Assembly: GCA_950097015.1 (NCBI GenBank)
Contig: CATNEN010000001.1
Coordinates: 1,116,001 to 1,180,000, forward strand
Direction of reading: 5' to 3'
Length of the DNA stretch: 64,000 nucleotides
Source: Macrostomum hystrix
Taxonomy: Eukaryota > Animalia > Platyhelminthes
Part shown: one piece after another, positions 36,035 through 49,852 of the stretch
Position numbering within the stretch: the first letter of the stretch is position 1
Layout: each line of letters starts with the position of its first letter
The notes under the pieces: model-generated
What the model was told of the DNA's origin: nothing
Databases searched by the model: none
What the model saw: only the letters and a program-made list of their open reading frames with translations
Made by a program: the position numbers and the translations under genes

Positions 36035-36997
36035 GTGGTACGCCGGAAGGAAAAAGGAGGATTCCCAAGTGGTACGCCAGTGGTACGCCAAAAGAAAGAC
36101 GTGGGGGTCCCTCGGTGTATAACGTTGCGGCACTAAAAATAATAACATTTCGAGTTTGAAAACGGTAAAAATATAGTGGACAAGCTTTAACAATTATTAA
36201 AAAATAACAGATATAATCAGTGCTCAGAAATTTATTTACCAATAATACTAGGCTACATTATTTTATTAATATATTTATAAAATGATTAATCAAGTTATAC
36301 AATGCAGGAAATAATATATGCAATTTTTTATGTAAAATACATTGTCGTGTGATGTAGTCGTATCTTGTATGTTGTAATTTACGCAAAATTACAAAAAGTT
36401 TTTACTCTGGCAATGATTTTTTGCCTGGTGGTGCCAATGGTACGCTAAAAGTGGTACGCCAATTCAACTTCAGCTTGGTGGTACGCCAAAGGTGTTACAC
36501 TAAATGCTTTTTCGAATCGGTGGTACACCAATGGTGGTACGCCAATTTTTTGGAAAACTCATTTGGTACGCCGGAAATCTCCAGCGTACCAGTCACCTTC
36601 TGGAGTATGGTACCCGGCCAAACCGGCCAGGTGAAACGAGGGCCAAGCAAGGTAAGTTGCAAAAACCAATCGACCAACATACATGCGCAACACCCGGCCG
36701 ACCCGGCCGAACCGGCCGGGTGAAACGAGGGCCAAGCAAGGTAAGTCGCAAAAACCAATCAACCAAGTGCAAAAAATCAAAGGGGGGACCAAGGGACAAA
36801 AAAGGAAGGCGCGAAGAAAAGGAAAAAGGGGAGAGAAAAAGAGAGCAAATTAGAGCAAACTAAGTCGTAAATAGAGCAATGAAACGAACTAAGTCGCAAA
36901 TGAGAGCAAAAACTAATTCGCACGGCCGGCTAAGATTTGGGAGGTTGCGCATGTATGTCGACCAAGCGCAAAAAAATCAAAGGGTGGACCAAGGGAC
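36035..36997. repeat. Interspersed element with dispersed GGTACGCC motifs and direct repeats (probable transposon subterminal region)
   Basis: About 9 copies or near-copies of GGTACGCC at 36037-36572; 47-bp direct repeats at 36631-36677 and 36720-36766; ACCAAG.GCAAAAAATCAAAGGG.GGACCAAGGGAC near 36762 and 36961. Confidence 0.6.
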
Positions 36998-37881
36998 TTT
37001 GTAAATTGTAAATTTTATGAATTGAGAAATAATTATTAGTAAAATCACCAGTTTTACTTTTTTTCATGAAAAAACTGTATTTAATTGTCTATACTAGTTT
37101 AATAATCTACTCACAGTTGACAGTCTTAATAAGTTTCAAAGTTAGCTCATAACCAACTGTTTACACTTATCCTAAATTTGAGCATTTTTTATAGCTTTAT
37201 TTCAGTTTATTATAATTCTCAGGTTATGAACATACTTCTTTTTTATCTAGTGATAAATAAGTTTTCTAAACTTTAAGTTTTTCTTAGAAATTTTTTTTTC
37301 TAAAACCTAATGAATGTACAGGTAATTTAGACCTTTAATAGAAAGAAAAAACATACTTTTTATATGCTAAACAATCTGAAGATACCTTAGATACTCTAAT
37401 TTTAGTTGCATTATTTTAATGATATTTGGAATATATTTTTCTTCAGTAAATAATTTCTCTCTTCATTTAGAACTTTGTTCACTGGAGGCAAAAAAATAAT
37501 TTCTAGTCTTGTACAAAGAACAAAGAACAAGCTGAGTTCTTTTTTTGCATTTTTGTTTAATACAACATTAACCTAGTCAATCTGTTCATCACATCACATC
37601 ACAGGCACATCAGGTGACATATTGATAAAGCTTAAAGGCATTGCAAGGGGGAAATCCCAGTTAAGTTGGCCTAGATTGGCATGTCCAAGTCATCCATTCT
37701 GGACAACTGCCTAGTCACCTAGCTTCTATGAGAAGTGATATCAAACGTGTAAACAGAAAGCACCCACCCCTTTCTAGAGGGTATATGTGAGATCATCATT
37801 TTCCTCTTATAAGCTCGATAAATGAGTCCAAGATAAACATATTTATTTACAGAAGCAGTTATCAACTGAATAGAATAACTG

Positions 37882-40800
37882 ATGGACATCGACAAGCTGA
37901 ATCAGTCGGTGAAAAGTCTCGACGAAAAATGGAAACTAGTGCCAGCATTTCTGAAAGTTCGCGGCTTAGTTAAACAGCACATAGAATCTTTCAATCATTT
38001 TGTCAACACAGAGGTGCGAGCCATTATGCTGGCCAATCAGAGAGTAGTATGCGATGCCGACCAACGCTGGTATCTAGAGTACAAGAACATCTACGTTGGC
38101 CGACCGTCTGTTGAGGAAGGTCCCATTGTGAAAGAGATTAGTCCACACGAGTGCCGACTACGCGATTTAACCTACGCCGCTCCGCTATTGGTTGACATAG
38201 CCTATATTCGCGGCGATCAGCGGGTTAATATGGATCGGGTACCAATTGGCTCCATTCCAATTATGCTGAGAAGCTCTAATTGTTTGCTAACTGGCAAGAC
38301 GCCGAATGAGCTCACCAGATTGAGGGAGTGTCCGCTGGACCCTGGCGGCTATTTTATCATTCGCGGCACTGAGAAAGTCATCCTGCTGCAGGAACAGCTG
38401 TCTAAGAACCGAATCATTGTGGAGGATGACAATAAAGGTCAGTGTACACATTCAATACCTTTACATTCATTTCTATTCCCTTCTATCTGATCTCCCTATA
38501 TCTCACTTACCTATCCATACCTCCTTCTCAATCCCATCTCCTTCTATGCCATTTCCCTCTTACCCATTTTTTTTCTGCCCGACCTATATAATTCCCTATT
38601 TTCATTCCGATTCTATCCCATTCTTTCCTATTCTATCCTACCTCCCCTATCAATCCCATCTCCCTCCATCCTACATTCCTTATCTATTCCATCTCCCTCT
38701 ATCCTACCCACCTTCCTTATCTATTGCATCTTCCTTTATCCTACCCACCTTACTTATCTATTCCATCTCCCTCTATCCCACCAACCTTACTTATCTATTC
38801 CATCTTCCTCTATCCCACCAACCTTTCTTATCTATTCCATCTCCCTCTATCCCACCAACCTTTCTTATCTATTCCATCTCCCTCTATCCCACCAACCTTA
38901 CTTATCTATTCCATCTCCCTCTATCCTACCCACCTTACTTATCTATTCCATCTCCCTCTATCCTACCCACCTTACTTAACTATTCCATCTCCCTCTATCC
39001 CACCCACCTTACTTAACTATTCCATCTCCCTCTATCCCACCAACCTTACTTATCTATTCCATCTCCCTCTATCCTACCCACCTTACTTAACTATTCCATC
39101 TCCCTCTATCCCACCAACCTTACTTATCTATTCCATCTCCCTCTATCCTACCCACCTTACTTATCTATTCCATCTCCCTCTATCCCACCAACCTTACTTA
39201 TCTATTCCATCTCCCTCTATCCCACCAACCTTACTTATCTATTCCATCTCCCTCTATCCTACCCACCTTACTTATCTATTCCATCTCCCTCTATCCCACC
39301 AACCTTACTTAACTATTCCATCTCCCTCTATCCTACCCGTCCAGGCCACATTGTCTGCAGTGTGACATCGAGTACGCATCAACGCAAATCCAAGACTAGC
39401 CTAGTTGGCAAGAAGGGCATATTTCACGTTGAGCACAATTCCTTTGGCGAACTGGTACCGGCTGTTGTTGTGCTCAAAGCCATGGGCATGACAGCCGATC
39501 AGGAGATCGTGCAGACAGTGGGCGTTGAAGACGAAGTTCTGTCGGCCCTATTGCCCTGCCTAGAGCAGTGTCACAAGCTCAAGTTATTCACCCAGACTCA
39601 GGCCTTGGCCTGGCTATCTGGCAAGATTCGAATAGCCAAAACCTACGGACCGGCTTGGAAGGCCAGCAGGGAGCGGAAAGATGCGGAAGGCCGCATTGAC
39701 GACTGCAGGCAGACGTTAAGGGTGAAGCTTTTTTGAATATTGTTTCATTGACATAGTAGTCAATAGTTATTGGGATAATAACCTGCTTAGTAATCAATAG
39801 TTATTGGGATAATAATAACCTGCTTAGTAATCAATAGTTATTGGGATAATAACCTGCTTAGTAATCAATAGTTATTGGGATAATAACCTGCTTAGTAATC
39901 AATAGTTATTGGGATAATAACCTGCTTAGTAATCAATAGTTATTGGGATAATAACCTGCTTAGTAATCAATAGTTATTGGGATAATAACCTGCTTAGTAA
40001 TCAATAGTTATTGGGATAATAATAACCTGCTTAGTAATGGGATAAATATCAATTAACATTGAACCAAGTCATCAAATATGGGTATGAGTCTAGGCATTTT
40101 AACCCACCCCAAATCGTAGGACATTGTTCTAGCCCACGTGCCAGTTGAACAATGGAATTTTCATCACAAGTGCGTCTACCTTTGCCTGATGCTGCGCAAG
40201 CTAATCCTTGCCCAGGCGGGTATAATCCCACCAGACGATAGGGATTACTATGGCAACAAACGCCTAGAACTGGCCGGCTCCCTGTTAGCTCTGCTTTTCG
40301 AAGATCATTTCAAGAAGTTTAACGACAATCTGCGACTGGTTGCTAACGAAATGCTGCCTAAGAATCAGGCTACAGCATTCGATATTCACAAGCATATCAG
40401 ACAGGATCTCATCACTAATGGCTTGGTTACGGCTATCTCGTCTGGCAATTGGAATATTAAACGATTTCGTATGGAACGACAAGGCGTTACGCAGGCAAGA
40501 TTTTTACTGTTTTTTTATAATTCATTTTGTGCAAAAATTTGTGAATCGAACCCCCGACCTTCTAGTCACGAGACCGACACTCTAACGTATAGCCGGGTCT
40601 ATAAGATACTCGTATTTTAAGTCGCAAACAGAAGGTCGCAAGTTCGAATTCTACCCGTGTAGTTTATTTAGGTAAAACTGTATTTTAAAAGTAACTTAGT
40701 AGTAAATAAATCCTAATATAATAAATTTTTTATTTAATTAACTACTACTAATAAAATTGATTCAGCTACTTATATAAAATGTTGCCGTACTTTTAGTAGC

Positions 40801-43800
40801 ATGTAAGTAGCATGTAAAGAATTTTACGTATTTTTGTTATGAATAGTAAAAATATTTTTGTCAGTGGGAAATCTCATGAGTGTTATTATTTTCACTTTAA
40901 ATCCATCTTCAGTCTTGTTTGAAAAATTGTGGTAAACAAAATAACAATTAACCCACAGTCTATTTAACCTACTTTTGTAATTTCTATTAGAAAAAAGCAC
41001 CGTTAAAATCTCTATTGCTTACTTTCAGTAGTCTAATTAGTGTTTATATATAAATAAATATATCTCAAATTCATTCTCTTTGCCAGGTGCTGACTCGCCT
41101 ATCCTACATATCGGCTCTGGGTCACATGACTCGCATCAATTCGCAATTCGAGAAGACTCGCAAAGTCAGCGGCCCCCGTTCTCTTCAGCCCAGCCAATGG
41201 GGCATGCTCTGTCCTAGCGACACTCCGGAGGGCGAGAGCTGCGGATTGGTTAAGAATCTGGCGTTGATGAGTCACGTGACTATGGACGTGGACGATGCCC
41301 CGCTCCTGCGGCTCATCCTTGATCTGGGCGTTGAACCCGTGGACAGTTTGCGTGGCCAACAGCTGCACGCTGAGCACAGCTTCCTGATCTTCCTTAATGG
41401 TGAATTATCATTGGGAATTAAGTCTTAGTTGAATATAGCTTATTGCCTAGATTCAAGTTCTGAACAAACATCTAATTATTTTGTTATTATTGGATCTAGA
41501 TTCTACGAGTAGATTCTAGATTTATAGAGTCTAGATTTATCCCTTCTTTGTGACTTTAAGATTCCCAATAAAAAATAATGAGTTATCCATATTTATTAAA
41601 TCTAGATTTTTCTTAATTAAAGAATCTAGATTTATCCCTAATTAAAGAATCTAGATTTATCCCTAATTAAAGAATCTAGATTTATCCCTAATTAAAGAAT
41701 CTAGATTTATCCCTAATTGAAGAATCTAGATTTATCCCTAATTAAAGAATCTAGATTTATCCCTAATAAAAGAATCTAGATTTATCCCTAATTAAAGAAT
41801 CTAGATTTATCCCTAATTAAAGAATCTAGATTTATCCCTAATTAAAGAATCTAGATTTATCCCTAATAAAAGAATCTATATTTATCCCTAATTAAAGAGT
41901 CTAGCTTTATCACTAATTAAAGAGTCCAGCTCTATCACTAATTAGGAATATAGATTTATCCCTATTTAATGAATCTAGATCTATGCCTAATTAAGGATCT
42001 ATATTTATGCCCAACTAAAGAATCTAGATGTATTCCGTATAAATCCCTGGCTGAGACTCACGCAACAACTCGCGTCAACCCACCGTAGGCCTGCTAGTCG
42101 GCGCCTGTCGCCAATGGCCCCGCCTGGTGCGCCATCTCCGCAGACTTCGACGGGCCGGCTGCCTTCACCAGTTTGTGTCAATTCACAGTCACGCCGCGCA
42201 CAAGTCTGTTCACGTGGCTTCAGACGGAGGTCGCCTGTGCCGGCCTTACATCATTGTGGAGGCCGGCCGGCCCCTGGTTGCTAGGCGCCACCTGGACGAG
42301 TTGGCTAGTGGCCTGCGCGATTGGGAAGACTTTCTGCACGAGGGCCTCATCGAATATTTGGACGTTAACGAGGAGAATGATTGCAGAATTGCGGTCTACG
42401 AGAAGGACATTACTCTGGACACTACTCACCTGGAGATTGAGCCTTTTACTCTGCTCGGTTAGTTTTCTGCCTGGGATCTGAAGTAGGGGTCGGGAAATAA
42501 ATCCTCAGGAAATTTAGTGAACCATCTGAGTACTGACAGTTGGGATTTAAGTGTTGACAGTTGGGATCTGAGTGTTGACAGTTGGGATCTGAGTGTTGAC
42601 AGTTGGGATCTGAGTATTGACAGTTGGGATCTGAGTATTGACAGTTGGGATCTGAGTGTTGACAGTTGGGATCTGAGTGTTGACAGATGGGATCTGAGTG
42701 TTGACAGATGGGATCTGAGTGTTGACAGTTGGGATCTGAGTGTTGACAGTTGGGATCTGAGTGTTGACAGTTGGGATCTGAGTGTTGACAGTTGGGATCT
42801 GAGTGTTGACAGTTGGGATCTGAGTATTGACAGCTAGGATCTGAGTATTGACAGTTGGGATCTGAGTATTGACAGTTGGGATCTGAGTGTTGACAGCTAG
42901 GATCTGAGTATTGACAGTTGGGATCTGAGTGTTGACAGCTGGGATCTGAGCATTGACAGTTGGAATCTGAGTGTTGACAGATGGGATCTGAGCATTTGCA
43001 GTTGGGATTTGATTACTTACATTGGCTATTGCATCCCTCCCAATTCCCCGAATCGCAGGTGTATGCGCCGGCATTATTCCCTATCCTCATCACAACCAGA
43101 GTCCCAGAAACACGTACCAGTGCGCGATGGGCAAGCAGGCCATGGGTACTCTGGCCTACAATCAGAATGAGCGATTTGACACAGTTCAGTATCTGCTAGT
43201 GTATCCACAGCGGCCATTGGTGCAAACTAAGCCGCTAGAGCTGATTGGCTATCACGAATTGCCAGCCGGCCAGAATGCTTGCGTCGCCGTGATGTCCTAC
43301 TCAGGCTACGATATCGAGGACGCCCTGATTGTTAACAAGGCTTCGCTTGATCGCGGCTTCGGTCGATGCTTCTACTATAGGTTTGTTTCGGAGTTCTAAG
43401 TGGGATATTTTTGGAATCTCTGACTGATTGGGTACTGAAGATTTATAATTGTGACCTTGGATTTCTAGTTTCTGAATATCTGATTACAAACTATGCATTT
43501 TCATTAGGGAATATAATATTTTAACTGCAGTCTAAGGGATTAAGGATTTTAGGATTTATAATTCGGATATATGGATTTATAAGTAGGATCTGTAGATTTT
43601 TAATTGGGATCTGTGGATTTCAAATTAAGATATAGCGATTTCTAATACGGATCTGTGGATTTCTAATACGGATCTGTGGATTTCTAATACGGATCTGTGG
43701 ATTTCTAATACGGATCTGTGGATTTCTAATACGGATCTGTGGATTTCTTATAAGGATATGAAGATTTCTAATAGGAACCTGTAGATTTCTAACTATGTTA

Positions 43801-46800
43801 TTTGGATTTCAAATTAGGATCCGTGGATTTCTAATTAGGATCTGCGGATTTCTTATAAGGATATGTAAATTTCTAACTATGTTATTTGGATTTCAAATTA
43901 GGATTTCAGGATTTCTAATTAGGATCTGTGGATTTCTAATTAGTATCTGTGGATTTATTATTAGGATCAGTGGATTTCTAATTAGGATCTGTGGATTTAT
44001 TATTAAGATCCGTGGATTTCTAATTAGGATCTGTGGATTTCTTATTAGGATCCGTGGATTTCTAATTAGTATCTGTGGTTTTATTATCAGGATCTGTGGG
44101 TTTCTTATTAGGATCTGTGGATTTCTAATTAAAATCTGAGGATTTATTTTTTTGATCTGGTCTCAGCAACACATTATAGAAATTATAGAATTTATAAGTT
44201 AAGCGTCATAAGGTCTGACCATTTATCCTTTAAATCTATCAGCCATTAAACAATTAAGAACTTCCTGTGACCATTTGATTCACATCTATCTTCGGATTAT
44301 AAAATTTCTCCTTTCATTAACAAAGAGCCATTTTAGCAATGTTATTTTAATCTTTGACAGTGGCTACTTAAAGTTGGCTTGTTCTCGGCACATTGATGCA
44401 GCAAGATAAGCTTCCCAGCATTTTAGCACCCTCCTGCTAATTGCTAATCTTTTTTATCTATGCATGAAATTTTAGCTTTTGAACTTCAAAGCTTAAAGCT
44501 TTTATCGTTGCACCTAATATTGACTGCTTGGAAAATATTAAATTTAAATTTAATGTATTCAGTTAAAAAATCCGACTTTCATGTTGAAGATTAGTGTCTA
44601 CCTTACATCTAGGAGATTAGTGTCTACCTTACATCTAGGAGATTAGTGTCTACCTTTCATCTAGGAGATTAGTGTCTACCTTATTACATCTAGGAGATTA
44701 GTGTCTACCTTTCATCTAGGAGATTAGTGTCTACCTTACATCTAGGAGATTAGTGTCTACCTTACATCTAGGAGATTAGTGTCTACCTTGAACTAAGGGA
44801 TTGGGAACCTATGGGATTAGTGTCTACCTTGTACCTATGGGATTAGTGTCTACCTTGCACCTATGGGATTAGTGTCTACCTTGCATCTAGGGAATTAGTG
44901 TCTACCTTGCATCCATGGGATTAGTGTCTACCTTGCACCTATGGGATTAGTGTCTACCTTGCACCTATGGGATTAGTGTCTACCTTGCATCTAGGGAATT
45001 ATTGTCTACCTTGCATCCATGGGATTAGTGTCTACCTTGCACCTATGGGATTAGTGTCTACCTTGCACCTATGGGATTAGTGTCTACCTTGCATCTAGGG
45101 AATTATTGTCTACCTTGCATCCATGGGATTAGTGTCTACCTTGCACATATGGGATTAGTGTCTACCTTGCATCCATGGGATTAGTGTCTACCTTGCATCT
45201 AGGGAATTATTGTCTACCTTGCATCTATGGGATTAGTGTCTACCTTGCATCTAGGGAATTATTGTCTACCTTGCATCTATGGGATTAGTGTCTACCTTGC
45301 AAGTAGGCGATTTGTGACGAACTTGAATCTAGGGGATCAGTAACGACCTGAAAGGTAAAAAATGGATTAACAGCAAGCGCGCAGGTGCCAAATTATCCCA
45401 ATCCGAATTTCGCAGGCGCCAGTCGGTGCAGATGAAGCGGTATGCGGACGCCAACCAGTCCACCGACCGCCTGATGGGGCCAATGGTGGACGCCACCACC
45501 GGGGTGCCGCGTCGAGGCCACGAAGTTCTGGAAGCCGACGGTGTCGCCTACGTCGGCGCCAGGGTGACAGATCGGCAGGTTCTGGTGAACAAAGAGATGC
45601 CCATTGTATCGGCCACTATGTCTGGCGCTGTTCACACCAATGTCGAGTACAAAAGCGTACCACAGGATTATAAGGTTGATGCTTTGATCCCATTGATAAA
45701 CTACACTTGTAGATTGCACTGGACCCCAGATCTAAGGATCACTAGACCTACAATTAAGAATTTCTAGATCTAAAATGATGTATCACTCATCTAGAATTTA
45801 GTATCTCTAGACCTAGAACTGAGGATCTCTGTAACAAGAACTGAGGATCTCTAGACCTAGAACTGAGGATCTCTGTAACTAGAACTGAGGATCTCTGTAA
45901 CTAGAACTGAGGATCTCTGGAACTAGAACTGAGGATCTCTGGAACTAGAACTGAGGATCTCTAGACCTAGAACTGAGGATCTCTGTAACTAGAACTGAGG
46001 ATCTCTGTAACTAGAACTGAGGATCTCTGGAACTAGAACTGAGGATCTCTGGAACTAGAACTGAGGATCTCTGGAACTAGAACTGAGGATCTCTAGACCT
46101 AGAACTGAGGATCTCTGTAACTAGAACTGAGGATCTCTGTAACTAGAACTGAGGATCTCCGGAACTAGAACTGAGGATCTCTGTAACTAGAACTGAGGAT
46201 CTCTGTAACTAGAACTGAGGATCTCCGGAACTAGAACTGAGGATCTCTGGAACTAGAACTGAGGATCTCTAGACCTAGAACTGAGGATCTCTGTAACTAG
46301 AACTGAGGATCTCTGTAACTAGAACTGAGGATCTCCGGAACTAGAACTGAGGATCTCTGGAACTAGAACTGAGGATCTCTAGACCTAGAACTGAGGATCT
46401 CTGTAACTAGAACTGAGGATCTCCGGAACTAGAACTGAGGATCTCTGGAACTAGAACTGAGGATCTCTGGAACTAGAACTGAGGATCTCTGTAACTAGAA
46501 CTGAGGATCTCTGTAACTAGAACTGAGGATCTCTGTAACTAGAACTGAGGATCTCTGGAACTAGAACTGAGGATCTCTGGAACTAGAACTGAGGATCTCT
46601 GTAACTAGAACTGAGGATCTCTGTAACTAGAACTGAGGATCTCTGTAACTAGAACTGAGGATCTCTGTAACTAGAACTGAGGATCTCTGTAACTAGAACT
46701 GAGGATCTCTGTAACTAGAACTGAGGATCTCTGTAACTAGAACTGAGGATCTCTGGAACTAGAACTGAGGATCTCTGGAACTAGAACTGAGGATCTCTGG

Positions 46801-48978
46801 AACTAGAACTGAGGATCTCTGTAACTAGAACTGAGGATCTCTGTAACTAGAACTGAGGATCTCTGGAACTAGAACTGAGGATCTCTGGAACTAGAACTGA
46901 GGATCTCTAGACCTAGAACTGAGGATCTCTGTAACTAGAACTGAGGATCTCTGTAACAAGAACTGAGGATCTCTGTAACAAGAACTGAGGATCTCTGTAA
47001 CAAGAACTGAGGATCTCTGTAACAAGAACTGAGGATCTCTAGACCTAGAACTGAGGATCTCTGTAACTAGAACTGAGGATCTCTGGAACTAGAACTGAGG
47101 ATCTCTGGAACTAGAACTGAGGATCTCTGGAACTAGAACTGAGGATCTCTGGAACTAGAACTGAGGATCTCTGGACTAGAGCTGAGAACTATTGAACCCC
47201 AAAATGTTATCTAACCAGTCTACAACTCAATCTCCTCTCTCTTTCCTGGCCATCTAGGGCATGGAACCAGCCTACGTGGAGAAGGTGATGGTGGCCAACA
47301 CGGAGGATAATCACGGCTTAGTCAAGCTTCAGCTGCGTCAGACAAGGCGTCCAGAGATTGGCGACAAGTTCAGCTCCCGGCACGGTCAGAAAGGCGTCTG
47401 CGGCCTGATTGTCGACCAGGTCGACATGCCATTCTCTCGAGACGGCGTTGTCCCGGACATCATCATGAATCCGCACGGCTATCCGAGTCGAATGACCGTT
47501 GGCAAACTGCTGGAACTGCTGGGCAGCAAGGCGGCTGTACTGGAAGGCTCCTTCAAGGATGGCACCGCGTTTGGCGGCGACAGCGCTGAACATCTGGGCT
47601 CCATCCTGCGAGCTCACGGATTCAATTGTCAGGGTAGGCTATGAGAATTGGGATTTTCGATTACCCGAATAGGATGAAAAATGTTAATGAGATGTGGGAA
47701 TTGTAATTATCTAAATGGGATGCGGGATTCGCGATTATCTAAATGGGATGTGGGATTTGTGATGACCTAAATGGGATGTGGGATTTTTGATGACCTAAAT
47801 GGGATGTGGGATTTGTGATGACCTAAATGGGATGTGGGATTTGTGATGACCCAAATGGGATGTGGGATTTTTGATGACCCAAATGGGATGTGGGATTTGT
47901 GATTATCCAAATGGGATGTGGGATTTGTGATTATCCAAATGGGATGTAGGATTTGTCATTATCCAAATAGGATGTGGGATTTGTGATGACCCAAAGGGGT
48001 GGTGGGATTTGCGATGATCTAAATGAGATGTGGGATTTGCGATGATCCAAATGAGATGTGAGATTTGCGATGATCTAAATGAGATGTGGGATTTGCGATG
48101 ATCCAAATGAGATGTGAGATTTGCGATGATCTAAATGAGATGTGGGATTTGCGATGATCTAAATGAGATGTGGGATTTGCGATGATCTAAATGGGATGTG
48201 GGATTTGCGATGATCTAAATGGGATGTGAGATTTGCGATTATCCAAATGGGATGTGGGATTTGTGATTATCCAAATGGGATGTGGGATTTGTGATTATCC
48301 AAATGGATGTGGGATTTGTGATTATCCAAATGGATGTGGGATTTGTGATTATCCAAATGGGATGTGGGATTTGTGATTATCCAAATGGGATGTGGGATTT
48401 GCGATTATCCGAAAGGGGTGTGGGATTTAGGATGATCTAAATGGGATGTGGGATTTGGAATGGTCTAAATGGGATGTGGGTTTCGCTTTGACCCAACAAT
48501 CATACAATCGGTTCCCCACTCCGCAGGCAAGGATGTGCTCACATCAGGCATCACGGGTGAGACCATGGAGGCCTATGTGTACACGGGCCCAATCTACTAT
48601 CAGAAGCTGAAGCACATGGTCCTAGACAAGATTCATGCCAGAGCCAGGGGTCCGTGCACTCTAATCACTCGTCAGCCAACCGAGGGTCGGGCCAGAGACG
48701 GCGGACTTCGCCTAGGCGAGATGGAACGCGACTGTCTGATTGGCTACGGAGCCTCCATGCTGCTAGTTGAACGCCTGATGTTATCGTCGGACGCATTTGA
48801 CACCAAAGTGTGCTCAACATGCGGCCTGCTGTGCGGCAAGGCCTGGTGCCAGTACTGCCGCAGCAGTACAGCCGTCTGCTCTGTTCGGATGCCCTACGCT
48901 TGTAAGCTGCTGTTTCAAGAGCTGCAGAGTATGAACATTGCGCCTAGGCTGACTCTGCAGGATTGCAATCGGATTTGA
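37882..48978 (+). CDS. POLR3B: DNA-directed RNA polymerase III subunit RPC2 (second-largest subunit), 9 exons, 1132 aa
   Basis: Exons 37882-38437, 39345-39721, 40120-40494 (GC donor), 41087-41399, 42089-42457, 43059-43380, 45416-45674, 47258-47633, 48527-48978 sum to 3399 nt in frame. Motifs: [76 protein letters not shown]-terminal Zn ribbon. Confidence 0.97.
38650..39337. repeat. 37-bp pyrimidine-rich minisatellite (POLR3B intron 1)
   Basis: Unit CTATTCCATCTCCCTCTATCCTACCCACCTTACTTAT; runs to within a few nt of the acceptor at 39344. Confidence 0.95.
39756..40040. repeat. 34-bp minisatellite (POLR3B intron 2)
   Basis: Unit TAGTAATCAATAGTTATTGGGATAATAACCTGCT, about 8 copies. Confidence 0.95.
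41598..42030. repeat. 25-bp minisatellite (POLR3B intron 4)
   Basis: Unit ATTAAAGAATCTAGATTTATCCCTA. Confidence 0.95.
42524..43010. repeat. 21-bp minisatellite (POLR3B intron 5)
   Basis: Unit GATCTGAGTGTTGACAGTTGG. Confidence 0.95.
43550..44145. repeat. 21-bp degenerate minisatellite (POLR3B intron 6, 5' part)
   Basis: Unit GGATCTGTGGATTTCTAATTA. Confidence 0.9.
44589..45300. repeat. 26-bp minisatellite (POLR3B intron 6, 3' part)
   Basis: Unit GGATTAGTGTCTACCTTGCACCTATG and variants. Confidence 0.95.
45791..47185. repeat. 22-bp minisatellite (POLR3B intron 7)
   Basis: Unit CTAGAACTGAGGATCTCTG(T/G)AA, about 63 copies. Confidence 0.97.
47690..48482. repeat. 28-bp minisatellite (POLR3B intron 8)
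   Basis: Unit AAATGGGATGTGGGATTTGTGATTATCC. Confidence 0.95.
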
Positions 48979-49071
48979 TTTTTCAATATGTTTGTGCGCT
49001 AAACACTTTTGTTTTAGATGTCTGTTAGTTTTCTCCTCTTTTTAAATATAGATTTTTCATTTTATGGGCTA

Positions 49072-49315
49072 GGCAATTCTGCCCATTTCGCTGACTCTTG
49101 AGCACACGCTCACACAGGTGTGTACAACTGCCCTGACTTTCTCATCGTCAGGCAGTGTACACTCCCACTGCGCCTTGGAGATTGGCCCTCAAAGGGCGTA
49201 AATTGCACGACAAGCCCCCAAGCCTTCTCTCGGCGGCTGCGCCCCAAATAAATGTGGCCTCGCCGCGGAATCGAACTCATGGACCTCAGTGCGATCGAGG
49301 CAAACGCCGCTGACC
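49072..49315 (-). mobile_element. Near full-length tRNA-derived SINE (family A), antisense, just 3' of POLR3B
   Basis: Minus strand has B-box GAGTTCGATTCC at 49279-49268 and a hairpin GTGTACACTGCCTGAC..GTCAGGGCAGTTGTACAC; homologous pieces near 8391, 17928, 29095, 55303 and 58855. Confidence 0.75.
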
Positions 49316-49852
49316 TCCAATCGCTACTTTTGAGATCGAAGTTATTTTAATTCGCTGTTTTTTATAGGATCTGAAGAAGCGCATAATTAAATTTCCATTT
49401 GAAACAGGTTTATAACGTTAGTTTTTCGGATTTAAATATATAGAATTCGCTACTTTTATTAGTAATGGAACGAATTCATAGTTTTTAGATAATTTCGATC
49501 GCTAGTTTATCCTGTTCAAAATTTTTAGTTCTATTAGATATTTATATACCTTTTGTCGTCATCATGCATTCAATTAGCTGGTCATTGCATTTAGAGTTTA
49601 ATTTGAATACTTTTGTAATGTACTGGCCAAGACACACTGAATGCTACCTATTTATTGATTGGTAATTGTTTGAAATCATGTCTTTTTCATATCTTACGTA
49701 CCAAAACACTGCTGTTGTCTATATTGAAAATGAAATCTTTTTCTTTAAAAGAATGCGAAGAAAACTTGAAATATATTTGCCTGTAATGATCGGTCAAGGT
49801 GGTACGTATAAAAAACTGTTTAACTTGTGTGAATACGTTAATTTCAATTTTA

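Noticed and set aside
49118-49165. CTGACGA..GAAA on the minus strand of the SINE, suggestive of a hammerhead ribozyme core
   Set aside because: Only 3 nt separate the motifs (no stem II) and both lie in one simple hairpin; no stem III or cleavage triplet could be built.
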